A stretch of 64,000 nucleotides of DNA from Moniliella sp. 'wahieum'. Taxonomy: Eukaryota. The position numbers and the translations under genes are program-made. The notes below the pieces were generated by a model, which searched no databases, was not told where the DNA came from, and saw only the letters and a program-made list of their open reading frames with translations. Location: assembly GCA_003971905.1 (NCBI GenBank), contig RSEE01000001.1:372001-436000 (forward strand). The letters are read 5' to 3'. Positions 1-12,590 of the stretch are shown here, piece by piece; the stretch's first letter is position 1, and each line of letters starts with the position of its first letter.

Positions 1-3000
1 GCCGCTGCCGCCAAGAAGCCCACCGCGAGCCTTGCCCGTGCCCCGAGCAAAGTGGTGCCGCAGAGCGCGACGGCCCGTGCGCCAGCCCCTTGGCTCAAGC
101 TCCCTCTGCAACAACCAACGTGGCGGCTCCCATGCGCGTAGGCGGGGCTCCCCGCCCCGCGAGCTGGGGCGACCGGCTTGAAAGCGCCTACGAGCGGTGT
201 CTCGCTCGTTGCGTGCCCCGCCACTCGTCCCAGCTCGGCCGCCAGTGGGATTGCGCGCGGCACGAGTCTTCGCCATCCGGGCGTGCCGGCGGCTGCGCGC
301 GCGGCGACCCCCGCGGAAGAAGAGGGGAGAGCGAGCGACGTGGCTGTGCTCACGTCCGATGGGAAGTTCAAGTTGGCCAGGGAAAAGAAGGATGCGCGGT
401 TGCCCCATCCGTGGATTGGGGCGGACTTGGTGTTGCGTCCCGACACGGCGGCGGCGCTGCAAGCGCTCTGCGAGCCCCAACCCCCGCCATCCTGGACGCC
501 ATGTTCTCCCGCGACCACTCGCCCGAGCGGGACTACCTCGCTGCATTGACCACCCTGATCGATCTCTTTGCGCCTCTGACCAGCGCTGGGGCCGAGACGG
601 AGGGTGCGCTGGACCGGGAGGAGCTGCTGGCGGCTGGTGGCCAACTGGGATTGCTCGCCAAGTATGCTACGCTGCGTCTGGCCGAGGGGGGCACGTCGGT
701 GGGACTCAAGTGCCTCGAGTTGCTGGATGAGTTGGTGGATGGGCGAAAGACGGCGGACCGGCACTTGTCTGAGGCCGAGGCGGTGATCTTGGTGCCCACT
801 CTGATGGAAGTTTGGCGATGCCAAGGCGACGTTCCGAGACCGGGTGCGTGCGATTGCGCGCGCCCTGCCGGCAGTCTACCCGGCGTCCAAGTTGGTGGCA
901 CGCTACATGGACGATGGGTTGGGATCGAAGAATTCGCGCACGAGGAGCGAGTGCCTGACGGAGGTAGCCTACCTGGTCAACAAGTACGGCCCGCATGTCG
1001 TCGCACCGGCGCGCAACTTGCCCATTGTGGCTAAGCAGACGGGAGACGGGATACTGCCGTCCGGCATGCCGCCCTCGCCGTGCTCGCCGAGGCTTTCAAG
1101 GTGCTTGGCGATGAGATTTACAAGTAACACTTCCAACCTCCCGCCCAAGGAAAGGGGGATGGTGGAGGAGCGACTGAAGCGCGTCCCGGCTCCCAGCAAA
1201 CGGCGAGAAAGTGGCCGGTGTCGCCCGTGCGGCCGCGGCCCCCGTGACCAGCAATGGCACGTCTCGCTCTGCGCTGCCGCCTCCCTCCCGCCTCGCGCGA
1301 CCGTCCATGCTTCCGGGTGCCGGGGGGTCAGGCCTGCCTCGTGCCGGCTCGCGCGCCTCTGCCTTACCGCGGCCCAGCTCCGCCGCGGCGCGGAGACCTT
1401 TGCTTCCTCTTCGGAAGGGGAGGAACGGGAGGTGGGGAGAAGCACCAGCCCGCCCACGGGCTTGCCCCGCCCAGGATCCGGGTTGGCACGCCCCAGCTCG
1501 CGCTCTGGCCTCGCTCGTCCTTCCTCTGGTCTTGCCCGGCCTGGCTCGAGCCTGGCTCGGCCGCCTTCTTCCTTTGGCCAGGCTCTTACGCACACCGAGA
1601 CGGATCTGGACCACTGGCTGACGCAGGCGTTGAGCCCCGACCCGCTACTGCAGTGAATGCGCTCAAGGAAGTGCAGGATGCCATTACGCGGAACGACGAA
1701 ACGGTGAGCCGGATGGCGGATCGGGTGCTGGGCGTCTTACGCAACAAGTACACTCGGCCTTCTCGGTGGCAGACGAGCCTCCGGAACTGAGCCAAGCTGC
1801 GCACCCAGCTTGTCCTGACGGTGGGCACTTTCTTCTCCCCGGAGCACCGGGGCGCAGAGGGCCACCCGTTCGCCTGGTCCATCTCGACCGATACGTTCCA
1901 GGCGGCTTTGACTGAGCTGATCCAGCGTTTGATGTTGGCCAACTCGGTTGATGCTAATGATCCGCTCCGCACGTACACCCGACCGCTCAACAGTGTTGTC
2001 CTCCGTTCGTTCCATTCGGTCAACATGAACGTGGTGTATGAGTATGTTTGGTCTCCCTCTCGTTTGTATGTGAGAAGGATGTGGACTGACGAACGTGGTA
2101 TCTGTAGAACTTGCTTTGGCATGCTGTTGGAGGCCACCGAAGATTTCCGTGAGCTGGCGCCCGATATTTTGGCCAGGAGGAGCAAGTACGCCGAGCTGAT
2201 CGTCAAATGTTTGTGGAAGGTGACCAAGACGTTGCCAAGCGCATTGGAGGAGCACCTGGTCGATCCCAGTCGACTGCTCTGGGCTATCGAGCAGCAGTTC
2301 CGGGCCATCCCCGCGAAGAGTGGCGCGCCCGCGCAGCCGATGGTCTTCCTATGGGCGACATGCCCAGCAAAACGTTCAAGATCATCCTTACCCACATCCA
2401 CAACGATATGGGCGAAGACGTGTTGCAGCATATGGACCTGATTGATCAGCCGGAACAGTCGGAGGTCTACCGCATCTTGATGCGCATGATCAATACCCCC
2501 GACGACGACGAGTCGCGCTACTCGGCTGCGACGCGGGCCAGCTCGGTGGGCGCGCGCCCGGCCCAGACCCTCTCCTCCCCTGGCCCGCGCTCCCACACTC
2601 CGCAAACGCACGCACGCGACCACGACGAAGCGAGCGCAGAACTGCATGCCATCTTTGAGCGCATCAGCCAGAAAGATCAATCGCGCCTCGCGATCCGGCA
2701 ACTGTACGAGTTCCAAAAACGCTACCCGCACAAACAAGCCTCGATCGAACGCTCGCTTCAAAACACCGGCCCTATCTTCCAACGCTACATCAAACGTGCT
2801 CTGGCCAACCATGCAGCCGAAGACGAAGAAGCCTCGGCCGTCGAAGCGGGTACGTCTCCTCCTCCTCCTCCTCCTCCTCCTCCCTCTCCTCCCCCCCCTT
2901 TACTTTCTCTTCCTTGGGCGCGGCCCTTACTAACCCCCCCCCCCCTTTCTCACGGCTTGGTTCAGTCAACGGTATGGATGGCATGTCGGCCCGCGACTCG

Positions 3001-3304
3001 ATCCGCACCACCGCCTCTACTCCCGGCCGCCGAGCTGTACCGCCCCCATACCCCGCAGCCCCTCGGCCATGTCCGGTACGAGTGCCGGACGGTTCAGTGC
3101 CGCACTCGCTCTCCTTCTCACCTTGGTTCGCCCCGGTCGTCGGGAGGCGACTCGATTGGCCGTGCGGCCGGCACGGTGGGGTCTCGCTCCTCGGCCCATG
3201 TGAGCAATGGCGTGGCCACACCCCGCTCTTCCTTGGCCAGCGAAGAGCGTCTGGCCGAACTGCGCGCCCGGTTCGGACGGCCAAGCACCGGTGCGGCTTC
3301 GTAA
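1..3304 (+). CDS. STU2: Microtubule polymerase Stu2/Alp14/XMAP215 (CKAP5) family, 3' portion; starts before the window, frameshifted, introns about 2042-2107 and 2850-2965
   Basis: Stitched frames give TOG/HEAT-like segments (LKCLELLDEL..LSEAEAVILVPTL; YPASKL..GLGSKNSRTRSECLTEVAYL), then KYAELIVKCLWKVTK, GDMPSKTFKIIL, LHAIFERISQKDQSRLAIRQLYEFQK..TGPIFQRYIKRAL and a terminal ERLAELRARF. Both introns have GTA(T/C)GT..CTRAC..AG signals. Confidence 0.85.
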
Positions 3305-4337
3305 GCTTCTGCGAGCCTGGGGGGGTTCGGCGTGCCCTCCCCGCGCTAGCTGGATGGACCAACCAACAAGGAGGTCGGGGGGGGGTCGACTCCCTGCCGG
3401 CTCTTGTCTTCTGTGCCCTGTGTCTCCACCCCCACCCCCGATCCCCCACCCCCATCCCCTCGCTCCCCCACTCCCCCACGCCCCCACTCCTTGCCCCCCC
3501 CCTGCCCTCGTTTTCGTGTTCTGCTGGTTCGTCCAGCCTTGGGACTCGTACCGCTCGGAGGGCGTTGTGCCCAAGGGCGAGTCCCAGTTCGAGTTTGTTT
3601 GGTTTCGTAACTGTTTCTTCTTTCCCCTTTGTGTCGTGGGAGCAGCTGCATCCGTCCCGGGGTTGGAGCGCCACCTAGCTACGCAGGGTTAGATAGCGTA
3701 CAAGTACATTCGCCTGGCCGATCGAGACAAGGAAGAGAAAACGAGAGGCACCATCGAGACGCACCAACGCGAGGCGCACACGAGGTAGGAGTGTAGGTGT
3801 GGGTATGGGTATGGGTACGAGTACGAGTACGATACGGGCCAGTAATAAGTAAAGAGGTCTAAAGGTAGGGGGGTATGCTGTGCTACGCACTGTCAAACTG
3901 GGGCCCCATCAGAGAGAAGGGGGAGGGGGGGAGAAGAATCGGTCGGCCTGCGCAGGAACCAGCCTTGCTTGTGCCCGGCCCATTGCATGGGCCCGATGAG
4001 GTAGTCAAGCTGCAGACTAGAGACGCGCGACTGCCAATCGAAACAACTCCCCGTCCGTCTCGTCTGGTCGATGCTGCGCGGCAGCCTTGGGAGAAAAGGT
4101 CAGGGACCAGGGCCGAGAACGTTGCTGCTGGCTGGGAAGAGCCTTCCTCGGTGGTCGCGCGCTTGGCTTCCGTCCCGCGCGCAGTGGGGCTGTAGGACAA
4201 CAACCATCAGGCAACGGCTGGGTCAGAAAATAGGCGCATGTATGGTCGCCTGCACACGCAAGGTTGGAAGGCATTCCAAGCACGTATACGTTACCTTGGC
4301 CGGAGGTAGTGGTGCGAATAGTGCGACGTCGCAACGC

Positions 4338-5151
4338 TCATCCGCGGTGTTGGTCCGGACCCGGTAGGCCGAGGAGTGGATGTGTGTCGAGCGAACTGGG
4401 GCGCGGGGTACGGGGTTGGGCGACAGGCGTCTTGGCAGGCGAACGAAAACGATGCGGACGGTACGGAGGCGCCAGCGTACGTGGCCCGAGGGAAGTGTTG
4501 TAGCGCAGGTACGTGGACCAACAGGCGTCCCACGACGCTTGGTTCCACACCATCGACGTGGGCTTGTCCTCGAAAGTGAGGAGAAAATGGCGTAGTCGGG
4601 GGTCAGGTCCCAATGCCGCTGGATGCGTCCACCACCTGCTCCCAGGACCAGAGGAAACGCCCTTCGTCTGCCAAGTTGGCATCGGCCTGGTGCATGTGGT
4701 ATCCGCTGGGGTAGCTGGTGCCATCAGACGAGGCAAGACAGGGGATCTGTCCAATCGCCACATCGCCCGTCACGTCATTGTCCAACGCATTGCCGCCGCG
4801 GTGGGACCAGGGTCGGTCGACGAGGGTGCGCCACGGGTCTACGTTGAGCAGTTTCTTAAATGCTTCCGCAGGCAGGACAGTTCGTAGCAGTAGTTGGCGC
4901 GCATCCACTTCGAGGGTAGCGTGCGCTGGCGGCAGGACGCTGCCCTCGGCAAGAGAAGAAGACAGGTCGGTAGGTGCCGAGAGAGAGGCGGCGGGACAGG
5001 CAGCCAGCGGGGACGGCTGAAAGCTGACCAGGGCACCAACGCTACCGCGCGTGTCCGAGGGCGTCGGGATCAAAGGCGATACGGAGGTGCATGTGCCACC
5101 GGTGCGGTGCGCGGGAACGAGGCGAGCGCGCAGGGAAACACGGTGGAGCAC
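4338..5151 (-). CDS. Hypothetical protein or gene fragment (frameshifted)
   Basis: ORFs 4603-5151 and 4338-4763 join into a protein-like sequence (LLLRTVLPAEAFKKLLNVDPWRTL...FLWSWEQVVD...RHFLLTFEDKP..WDACWSTYLRYN). No family recognised. Confidence 0.35.
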
Positions 5152-5499
5152 ACCGCATAGCCAGCCCAGAGAAGCAGGGGCTGTGGCAAAGCGGAGTCAA
5201 TATCAATCGGATGGTCGATCATTAAGATCAGCAAAAGATCATTTTGCACACGCAAATGAACAGCCCCGCCCAGCACAACCCAGCCCACCGCCATATGTGT
5301 CTGTGGCCGCCGCTTGCTGCCGTTGGGGCGCCACTGGACCCATCTCATGATGTGCAGGCGGGAGCTCGCACTAGGCAAACAGCACCATCGCCCCCGACCT
5401 CTTCTGCTTCGAGTCGCCATGCGCATCCTCCTCCTCCACACCTTGATCGTCCACCAGAGTGTGGGGCAAACCCATACCTCATTTTGTCGATTAGCCCGC

Positions 5500-6400
5500 T
5501 GCGAACAGCATTCCCCAACACCATTTTCCTATGTATGTATGGACTAAGCCCGAGTCTCTTCTCCCAGCTCCTATCGCCTCCACACCCCTCCTCTCTAGGC
5601 CGAGCGCCCCCCTCCCTCTCGTGTCTTCCCATCCCCCCCCTGCACGCCACCTTTTCCAGCCTACTTCTCATGAGTCCTTCGCAGCCACTGTCCCTCCATG
5701 CCCTCTCTGAGCGCCTCCTAGTGAACTGTACCTTCACGCTCCCTCTCAAAACCCCCAACTGCTGGGACTGTAATTACTCACTTTTACAGTCCTTTTCCTC
5801 GGTCGGATTTGCCCTCTTACTCAAGATGCTCGAGGCACATCTCATGACACTAGGCTGCGATACCGCACACCTCCTGCCCACCAAGGACCCCTCGACCAAG
5901 CTGAGTTTCAGCGAGACGTCTATAGCCCGTCTTCTGGGCTGAATGGTACGGCGTTGCTGCCTATAGATCCCGTGCTGTTGAGCCGCTGACCCAAACAGAC
6001 TTCAGGTAGAAGCGCTCCATGAGTCATTTCCTCTCGGCTCGGTGGTCGTCTCCCTCCACCTGATGGGTGCAGCTGCCTTCCTCAACCCCCTCCCCCCCCA
6101 CACCCTTGGCGTTGCTGAACACGGGCGCCTTTCTTTTCCGCTCGAGCTACTTCCACGTGCGTGTGCCTGCCCGCGCAGATGGAGAGGCTACCTTGACGCG
6201 TTGAGGCGTGTCGAACCCCGCTTATACGAAACGAGGACTTCAAGCGTTGCTCCGTCCCAATCTTGTTCGGTGCCGGCGTCAGGCGCTGTCTTCTGCTCCC
6301 AGTACTGTTGGCATTCAATGTTCTTCATCCCTGCGAATGGTACGATGGTACAACTCGCTATCCATTCTCTGCGAAGCTCTCACGAACGTACTCCTTCCTA
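5500..6400 (+). mobile_element. Possible decayed non-LTR (L1/Tx1-like) retroelement fragment
   Basis: Lower-GC, stop-interrupted stretch with peptides (LSERLLVN; FPLELLPR..RWRGYLDALRRVEPRL) loosely resembling the post-RT region of fungal L1-like elements. No diagnostic YADD motif seen. Confidence 0.2.
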
Positions 6401-6636
6401 TGGGATGCCCAACCTGCGTTCAAATCATCTGCTTCGGCAGCAGAGCAACCGAGTAGCTACTAGAAGACAGGATGGCGAACCAAAAGGAAGACTGCCAAGG
6501 AGAACTATTGCAAGCACCACATGTCCCCGCCCAAGAGCGCGTCTAAGAAGGAGCAAGTACCTAGTCATGCATAGCTACACTACAGAGTGTTTCGACACGA
6601 CCAAGAAGCCAGTCAATCTCGTGTGACAAGGCGAGT

Positions 6637-7203
6637 TTACTTGCCCTGGGGCGCCTCCTTGAACGCCAACGCCGATTCCTCCCCCATGGCCGAGAATGGT
6701 GACCATCAGGTCTTGCCATCGTCAAAGTCGGCCTGCAGCTGGTCACCCAACTCGCCCTCGGGAACACGCACATCGTCCTTCGAGTCACCGTCGGTGGTGA
6801 GCAGGTTGAGGAAGCCATCGTCAATGTTGACCAGCTGGTACTCAGTCCGCGTCACCTTGGGCACCTCCATGTTGTGCGTCGAGGGGGAAATATCTTCGAG
6901 CTTCTTGCCGGTAAAGATATCAACGGCAACCAGGTGCACCTTGGCGTGTCCGTGCTTGCCCGTCTTGGACGTCGACATGTCCACAATCTTGCACGGACGG
7001 CCCTTGATCACCACATGGCCGTTCTTGCGCAGCGCCGAGCACTGCATGGGGAACGTCAGCGACGCGCCAGCGTTGGCCGACTCAAACTCGACATTGTGCT
7101 TCTCGTCGTCAGACTGGAAAGGGCATCGGAGGTTAGTAGGTGGATGCAATGCGGATGCCTAAGCTGGATGGGGGGGGGGGATGGGAGCGGCGGGACGGAC
7201 CAT
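6637..7203 (-). CDS. HYP2: Translation factor eIF5A; exon 1 is the ATG only (7201-7203), intron 7114-7200
   Basis: Hypusine motif [13 protein letters not shown] and [26 protein letters not shown]. The C-terminus [18 protein letters not shown] is recovered after two small compensating indels near 6690-6712. Confidence 0.97.
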
Positions 7204-8105
7204 GGTAAAGACGCGGACAGAGACAGGGACAGGGAGGGGGACACAGGTGGTGGGCCGAGTAAAGAAGCGGGCCCGGAAGCGAGAACAAGCAGGCCGAGTC
7301 GGGCAGACGGCCGCGCGAGGGCGGCAGCACGGCGCTGCTCTGCGCTGCGCTGCCTCTCAGGGCCCAGCCCACCCGCAGAACGGCACTGGCGCTGTCTGCC
7401 GCAATGGGTTCCATCCGTCAAGAAGAAGCCGTGCGCAGTAGGGTTGGGCCTGCCCCTGGCCTGTCATGCATCAGACGGAACGCGTGATGCGCGTTGTCAT
7501 GGGCTGCACTCATTGCACCGATGCCCTGCTGGCTGCGGCCACGTAGGCAATCTGCCTCTGGCATGCGCCGCCCCGGCCGCACGCCAACCCCGGCGCAGTT
7601 GAACGTTGAGTACGTTTGGAACGCGAGCAGACGACCGACGTATCTTCCAGCTTCATGTTTCAGGCAGAGGTGACTACCCATCGGTAGTCACCTATCCGTC
7701 AGAAACGACCATGCGAGGCTACCGAGCCACCAGACCAAATCACTGAAGAGTAGGAATCATTGGGATCAAACACAGAAAGAGAAGAGGAGAACAAAGAAAG
7801 CCGGTAGGTGCGCATCCATGTTAGCCATAGAAGAGAATGTGCTAGACACAGCATACAGAGAGAGAATCCCAACATATATATACGAAACGAACCATACCAT
7901 CCAATCCCCTTTCCCCTGCCCTCGCTCTGGCGAACAGGCGAAGAGGAAGCTGGACGGATCAAGTAAATACAGGCACATGAGAAATGACAAGACGACGGGA
8001 AAGAGTGTGCCAATCGCAACACCGCAACGGGCATCAGCACAGCTCCTAGTCCCACAACAGTCCTTTGGCATATAGCATCTGCCCAAGGAAATGAACCGGG
8101 AGAGT

Positions 8106-10213
8106 TTACAAAACCCCCAAAGCGCGGGCCAGATTCTTGAACCGGAACGAGCCCAAGCCCGCCGAACTGTCGTATCCGGTCCGAGCCTTGGCGCCGACAT
8201 ACACACACCGTAATCGTTGCCGGTGGTGATGGGGTTGCAACCAAAGGAGCCGCCGAGCCAAATGTCATTGAAGGCTTCCTGGCGGATTTGGGACGAGTAG
8301 AGCAGCGGGTGGACCCAGCCCAGACGCGACTTGCCCTTGCGTACCAGCGCATCGTTGACCAACGACAAGATGGCCGCCGTGGTGGGTGTCGAGGCGGACG
8401 TGCCTCCAATCCCATTCACTGACCGCCCACAATCACATCGGCCCACCAGCCGTTCATGGTCAGATCCGGGTAGAGACGACCCGTGTGGTTGTACATGTAG
8501 GACGGTTCGGTGGGGGAGAGTCAGCGATGCGCTGGTACAGCTGCTGCACGTCTTCCTCCTGGTACTGAGCTTGGGTCAGGGGGAAAATGTTGGAGCGACC
8601 GGCGCCCGAGTAAAAGCCGCTGGACACGCCTCCATCGCCCGCGCTAACATTGACCATCGCTTCGCCGTCGGCAATCCCATTGAACCCACGGTTGGCGCCC
8701 ACGGCGAGAATGTAGGGGCAGGTGACCGGGTAAAGCGGAATAAAAGGGTGCTTGCCGCCATCGGCCGCACACCACTCCTTCTCCTGCGCCCCTGCGCCCG
8801 ACACGCCATTGTCCCCGGTCGACACGGCGATCGTCGTGCCCAAGGCCGTCAATTTCTTGGCCGAGTTGCACATTTCGTTCGCACCTGAAATGGACATGCC
8901 ATCTTCGTCCGATGTGTAGGAAATCGACACCCACCAGGCCGCTGCTCCTTACCATCATCGTACAGCAGCCAGTCAAACGTCTGGAGGAAAATGTCCTGCG
9001 GATCGTCGGCGTGCCGAGGTTGACATACTTGGTCTCCAGGGGCCAGGACTGGCCGACGACTGCAGGGGGTGAAAGCAGGGTGAGAGAAAAAAGAGGGGAG
9101 GCCAAAGTCAGGATTCTGCGTGCATGGCAGCCAGCACAAAAACAAGGAATACCCACGTACCCATCTGAATGTCCAGCTGCGCCTCGCCGGTGGGATCCGA
9201 AACGTTGGTGTGAGCACCGTAAATATCCTGGATCTCAATCTTGTAATCGGCCGCCTCGGGACGGAACTTTTTGAGGTAGGCTGTCAGGTCCTTCTGGTTG
9301 GCGTTCTCTCCAATGTAACCAAAGATGGTGGTATCAGGCGGATCGGAAGAAGAAGGGCGGTGGTGCTTGGCGAGGCTCTGCGTGTAGTCGTACGTGCCAT
9401 AGTAGTGACGCAGGCAGGTAGCCGGAATTAATTCCTCGTCGCATCCAGTCAGTTGTTCAGGCAGGTGGGTCCCCTTGAAGAGGCTGGCCGCGTTGACCCT
9501 GCGCTAGGCTGCAGCTGAATCGGGGCCATGACGGGACCACTGTGGGGGCGATTGAAGCGTTTGCCGTGCTTGCTGTGCCGAGCGGGGACGGCGGGTCAGC
9601 ACGTTTCTTGGTCTGCAGGTGCTCGGGGGCGCGAACGGCCGAGCCGCGCGGGGACGGGAAGTCGGCCAGGGGAGATATGAGACACGGCGGCATCGAGGTG
9701 GCCGGGGATGTAGACGGCGTGGGACTTGAGAATGTCGGTGGCGTCACGGAACTTGTAGAGGTGCAGTTCGGTGCCAGGGAACATGGCCTTGACCGTCTTG
9801 GCGGTCGTTTTGACTTTGACCTGGTCCTGATGGGGCGTCCAGGTCAACGCATGGGCCGGGACACCATGGGCCTCAAGGTGCTTCTGCACCGCCGCAATGT
9901 GGTGCGCCTTGGGGCGCACGTACTCGCCCAACTCTTCGTCGGTCAACCAGGGCAGGTCACGGTTGAGAGCGATCTCGTGCATCTTTTTGTCCAGGCCAGC
10001 ATCGTCGGCCGAGGGGAGGTAGATGGTGAACTCCATCTCGCGCGCGTGGTGGGCCTCGGTGGTAGGAGAGATGTACTGGTACGCGTGGGGGTTGACTTTG
10101 GCGCCACTGAGCACGCGCGCCCAGGGCGGCGGAGGAGGCGGCGAGAGGAGAACGCGGGTAGCAGGGGGGGGGGGGGGATAGGAGAGGATGTAGGAGAGGT
10201 GGGTGGGGGGCAA
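8106..10213 (-). CDS. Sedolisin/tripeptidyl-peptidase (family S53) with pro-kumamolisin domain; intron about 9062-9160; start uncertain
   Basis: Catalytic GEAQLDIQ (E-x3-D), SISYTSDE, AVSTGDNGV (oxyanion Asp), FIPLYPVTCPYILAVGA, GGTSASTP (catalytic Ser), RLGWVHPLLY and FNDIWLGGSFGC. Prodomain WLTDEELGEYVRP. Confidence 0.92.
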
Positions 10214-10560
10214 AGAACGTGAGGGGGGAGAGGGAGCGGAGGAGGAGGAGGAGGAGGGGGGAAGAGGGGGCGAGAGGGGAGAGGAGGATGGAGGAGGTGG
10301 ACAAAGGAGAGATGCGCTGACGGATGACCGTGTCGGAGGGGGGATATATATGAGAGGGGTGGTGCCAAGGGACGGAGGTGGCTAGCTTAGTCAGCGACTG
10401 GCCCTTGCGAGCCAGCACGGAGTGGGCATGCCTGGAGGCAGAGAGCAACACACGCCAACTGCCCCGCGTACTGCTTTCCCGCCTGTGCGCGCTCTCATCA
10501 TCCCATGCCGGGGGACGCGTGCCAATCCGGCGATCATGCTCAGCCCCATTGCCTGCGTTT

Positions 10561-10735
10561 CAGTACGTTGAACGTTAAGCGTTAAACGCTAAAGCTTACA
10601 AAGAATGCAGGCGGGGTCAGCTCCGTGCAGGCGCCTGTGTGCCGACGGGGCAGAGGCAGCCGCTGAGTGGAGTGACCGGTGACGCATGCTGCTTGAAGCT
10701 TGATGCATGGTGTTTGATGCTTGATGCGTGCCGAC
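10561..10735. repeat. 7-bp-period TGA/TAA-NNNN arrays upstream of the sedolisin gene
   Basis: TGAacgt TAAgcgt TAAacgc TAAagct at about 10569. TGAagct TGAtgca TGGtgtt TGAtgct TGAtgcg at 10694-10728. Confidence 0.75.
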
Positions 10736-12249
10736 CCGGCTGACCTGACCGACCGGCTTCCCCCGGACGCGGACCAGAAGGCTCTCCCATGCCTGGGCAG
10801 ACGATGCAGGGAGACAAGACACAGGCGCGGTGGCGAGCAGGCCCGCGTCACGTACTAGTAAAGTATATAGCAAGCACCTAGTGACTAGTGCGTAGGACCG
10901 CTGCACATGCCATTGTGCTTGCGGCAGAGGCGCTACGCCAGCCAGGCGTCGTGGACGCATGCGGTGCTCGTTGTGCGGCACATCCAGCTGCATGCCGCCA
11001 CAATCAAAGCAGAAGCGCATGAATGACGTGAATGACAAAACAATTTCATCCATGACATGTGACACACGCCTGCGCACACGTGTATGGGCGGTAGGGTGCA
11101 GGGTTGGTGCGATGGGTTGGGATGCGGATTCACGCTCATGCATGCTATGCCTCCGTTTCCCTGGTCGACTGGAGCTACCCGGGTGAGCCAGCGCAACAGG
11201 TCTTCTGGGATACCCATCTCCATTGTGCCTCTTTTTCACAGGTCCCATGCACCTCCAATTATACCCTTACGAAAGTATAGCAGGGCATAGAGGGGTACAG
11301 GGGTACATTAGCCGCTAGAAACATGATCGATAATCGATAACGCGGCGGTGAACAGCCCTCTGTTACCCAACATATTCACTAACCTTTGCCTTAACAGCCT
11401 GTCTTCATCACGTATCCGGCGGATAAGCCACATGTGCAACCAACTCTTGCATCTCAGATCTCATATGTGATAGCTCTTATTCACGCTCCAATCGTTGTTT
11501 TGGCATCCTATATATCTCTACTACCAACTGGATAGGACCGCTGTATGATACTACACGCCGATAGAAGACGAAGACGTATCTACCACTCAGCCTCCGTCAA
11601 GAAAAAAAGACAGATACAACTAAAAATTAAGAGGAACCCAAAGTCTGACACACATGTGACTCACGGCCCGCTGCCCTATCATTAGAATACACGACTACAA
11701 AGATCAACATCGCCCGCCTGGCACTCTCCTTTCAACGTGTGTGTTTTATGTCAATCCTGAGATCTTTTCGGCAGATCAACGGCATAGATACATTCCATAG
11801 GCCTTCGCATAACCATATGCACCAGGACTTACTTCCCACTGCCTCGGCCCCATCGACGTATCTCAGATCTGGCACACGAGAGAAGTACTATCGGATGTTT
11901 TCTGAGTAGTATTATAGCCTCCTGCAGCTCGCTGGGATTTTGCCTTATCTTCAACATGAGCACGTGAAATCAGAAGTGTCATTCTGACTCATGGAGAGGA
12001 AAGAAGGAAGTAGGAGGAAACCGGAGTGGGTGGGTTGTGAATAACATCGCGTCTTTCAAAGTCATGCTTAAGCAGCTTGAACACAACCTCTTCAACGCCC
12101 ATTATCGACTTGGCTGCCTGAGCGGGAGTGACTTCATTCTGGCAGCGTTACGGTACTTTTTCGGAGGCCTGTTCACTTTGTGTGGATGGCGTCATGGCGA
12201 ATAAGCACAACTGCCGACCAAGTCTCCCCAGATTCAACCAACGGCAGCA

Positions 12250-12590
12250 ACGAAACGCGGGAGAAAGCGACGTAGAGCTGGCCATTTGGGGAACCACGGG
12301 GGAAATGCGGATAGAAGGGGTGAAGTCTGACTGACTCTTTTCAGATCGTATTTCCTTGTGATATGTTTGAGGGGGGAATTGCAAAAGCGCGGGCACGATG
12401 GGTATTTTGGGAGATAAGGAGAACCGCTCATCGCGTCACTGTGGCCTTGAAGTAATAAAGGCAAAAGGAGAGGTAGATGCTCTCAATGCCGGCGTTGGGT
12501 TTTGGCGTGAGAACCATGCGAGGCGCAATCATCATATCGTCCTTTGTCGACGGGCATCTCAAATTATGCCCAGGCCGGTGCCAAGGCAGC
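12250..12590 (-). mobile_element. Decayed Helitron/Pif1-like helicase C-terminal relic
   Basis: Minus-strand translation ..IAPRMVLTP...RAFAIPPSNISQGNTI*...GQLYVAFSRV matches the Pif1/Helitron motifs IPRI.L.P, AFA.TINKSQGQT and GQLYVALSRV. Contains a stop codon. Confidence 0.75.

Noticed and set aside
2851..2945. Polyproline stretch in STU2 next to eIF5A as a functional link
   Set aside because: The (CCT)n tract lies inside a canonical intron (2850-2965).
3790..3835. GGGTAT/GAGTAC hexamer run
   Set aside because: Ordinary short microsatellite downstream of a gene.
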